Of a stretch of 64,000 nucleotides of DNA, positions 62,964-64,000 are shown one piece after another. Positions within the stretch are counted from its first letter, which is position 1; every line of letters begins with the position of its first letter. Position numbers and translations under genes: made by a program. The notes beneath the pieces are model-generated. The model was not told the DNA's origin. It saw nothing but the letters and a program-made list of their open reading frames with translations, and ran no database searches. Location of the stretch: positions 31,723 through 95,722 of the forward strand of contig JBQCGX010000158.1 of the NCBI GenBank assembly GCA_051955255.1. Reading direction: 5' to 3'. This DNA is from Agriterribacter sp. Its GTDB lineage: Bacteria > Bacteroidota > Bacteroidia > Chitinophagales > Chitinophagaceae.

Positions 62964-64000
62964 TTAAATGTTTCCTTTCTTCAGCTCAGTCACAGCATAA
63001 TCTGCCGCCCTGGCGGTTAATGCCATATAGGTAAGCGAAGGGTTAACGCAGGAAGCCGATGTCATACAGGCACCATCTGTAACAAATACGTTGGTGGCAT
63101 CCCATACCTGGTTCCATTTGTTGAGCACCGATGTTTTAGGATCTTTACCCATGCGGGCCGTGCCCATTTCATGAATGCCCCTTCCAATGGTTCCGTCGCC
63201 ATCCCAGCTTTTTACATTTTTAACGCCTGCAGCTTCCAGCATTTCTGCGGCATCGTTCTGCATGTCTTTTCTCATCTTCCGCTCGTTCTCTTTCCACTCA
63301 GCATCAATAGACAATACATTCAATCCCCATTTATCTTTTTTGTTCTTGTCGAGCGTAACAACGTTTTCATGATAAGGCAGCATTTCGCCAAAACCACCCA
63401 TGCCCATTGTCCACACGCCCGGTTCAGTCAATGCATCTTTTAACTCCACTCCAATGGCCAGCTCTTCGGCCGAGCGACTCCAGCCCTGGCGCGAGCCTCC
63501 ACCCTGGTAACCAAAGCCACGCAGGTAATCGCGCTTATCGCCATTGTAATTGCGATACCGTGGTATATAAATGCCGTTTGCCCTTCTTCCGTAAGTGTAG
63601 TTATCTTCATAACCCTCTACAATACCCGAAGCGCCCACGCCCAGGTGATGGTCCATCAGGTTTCTTCCCAAAGCATTGCTACTGCTTCCCAAACCATCGG
63701 GCCAAATGTCTGTAGCAGAATTAAGCAGTATCCAGGTAGTATTGAGCGCCGATGCATTGAGGAAAACGATCTTTGCTTTATACACATAGGTCTTGTTGTT
63801 TTCGCCATCCAGCACTTCCACACCCGTTGCTTTTTTGCTGTTCTTATCGTATAATACTTTGGTTACAATAGACCAGGGACGCAATGTGAGGTTGCCTGTG
63901 TTTCTTGCAGCGGGCAGCGTAGAGGCCTGCGTACTGAAATATGCACCATAAGGGCAACCCAACCAGCATTTGTTCCTGAACTGGCAGTTGGCCCTGCCTT
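62964..64000 (-). CDS. GMC-family FAD oxidoreductase, C-terminal part; gene continues past the right edge
   Basis: The frame remains open upstream of the first Met (…RANCQFRNKCWLGCPYGAYFS). The C-terminal GMC_oxred_C pattern is GIHEMGTARMG and NVFVTDGA. Confidence 0.85.
   Translation of the reverse strand, partial: GRANCQFRNKCWLGCPYGAYFSTQASTLPAARNTGNLTLRPWSIVTKVLYDKNSKKATGVEVLDGENNKTYVYKAKIVFLNASALNTTWILLNSATDIWPDGLGSSSNALGRNLMDHHLGVGASGIVEGYEDNYTYGRRANGIYIPRYRNYNGDKRDYLRGFGYQGGGSRQGWSRSAEELAIGVELKDALTEPGVWTMGMGGFGEMLPYHENVVTLDKNKKDKWGLNVLSIDAEWKENERKMRKDMQNDAAEMLEAAGVKNVKSWDGDGTIGRGIHEMGTARMGKDPKTSVLNKWNQVWDATNVFVTDGACMTSASCVNPSLTYMALTARAADYAVTELKKGNI

Overview
This 64-kb chromosomal window appears to come from a Bacteroidota genome, probably Chitinophagia/Sphingobacteriia-like. 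Supporting features are a SusC/SusD pair with ECF-sigma/FecR control, gldB, many signal-peptide lipoproteins and TAnnTTTG-type -7 promoter boxes. About 50 protein genes can be supported.

Gene content, left to right:
- 1-4944: a non-phosphorylative L-fucose-type catabolic string (fucP, SDR, lactonase-type amidohydrolase, mutarotase, FAH-family hydrolase).
- 5069-8489: an IcmF-like B12-dependent acyl-CoA mutase split into two ORFs.
- 8615-16091: an LtaS-like gene, a fatty-acid hydroxylase, rlmN, two pseudouridine synthases and two type II toxin-antitoxin pairs. Both toxins look damaged.
- 17003-23861: metE and the nrdB-nrdA operon.
- 24369-37897: a YbiT-like ABC-F ATPase, an MsbA-like exporter, a btuB-like receptor, fabF and several oxidoreductases.
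- 38099-46243: a sigma/anti-sigma/SusC/SusD/GH130 locus.
- 46374-64000: a GH63-like hydrolase, a second ECF sigma/anti-sigma/OMP module, idi, gldB and a GMC-oxidoreductase trio.

Three cobalamin riboswitches are readable directly, upstream of metE, nrdBA and btuB.

The least explained signal is non-coding:
1. Two four-helix-bundle (23S rRNA IVS-protein family) ORFs are each clamped by simple-sequence inverted repeats and sit inside operons. A payload-free hairpin at 46240-46325 carries the same arm motif.
2. A Y1/HUH RAYT-type transposase gene is sandwiched between two copies of a REPIN-like palindromic element, and a short solo copy lies 16 kb away.
3. A second REP hairpin family is present in four copies.
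4. A ~110-nt two-copy element shows compensatory base changes.

I found no rRNA, tRNA or CRISPR array. All homology calls come from reading motifs by eye, and no searches were run.
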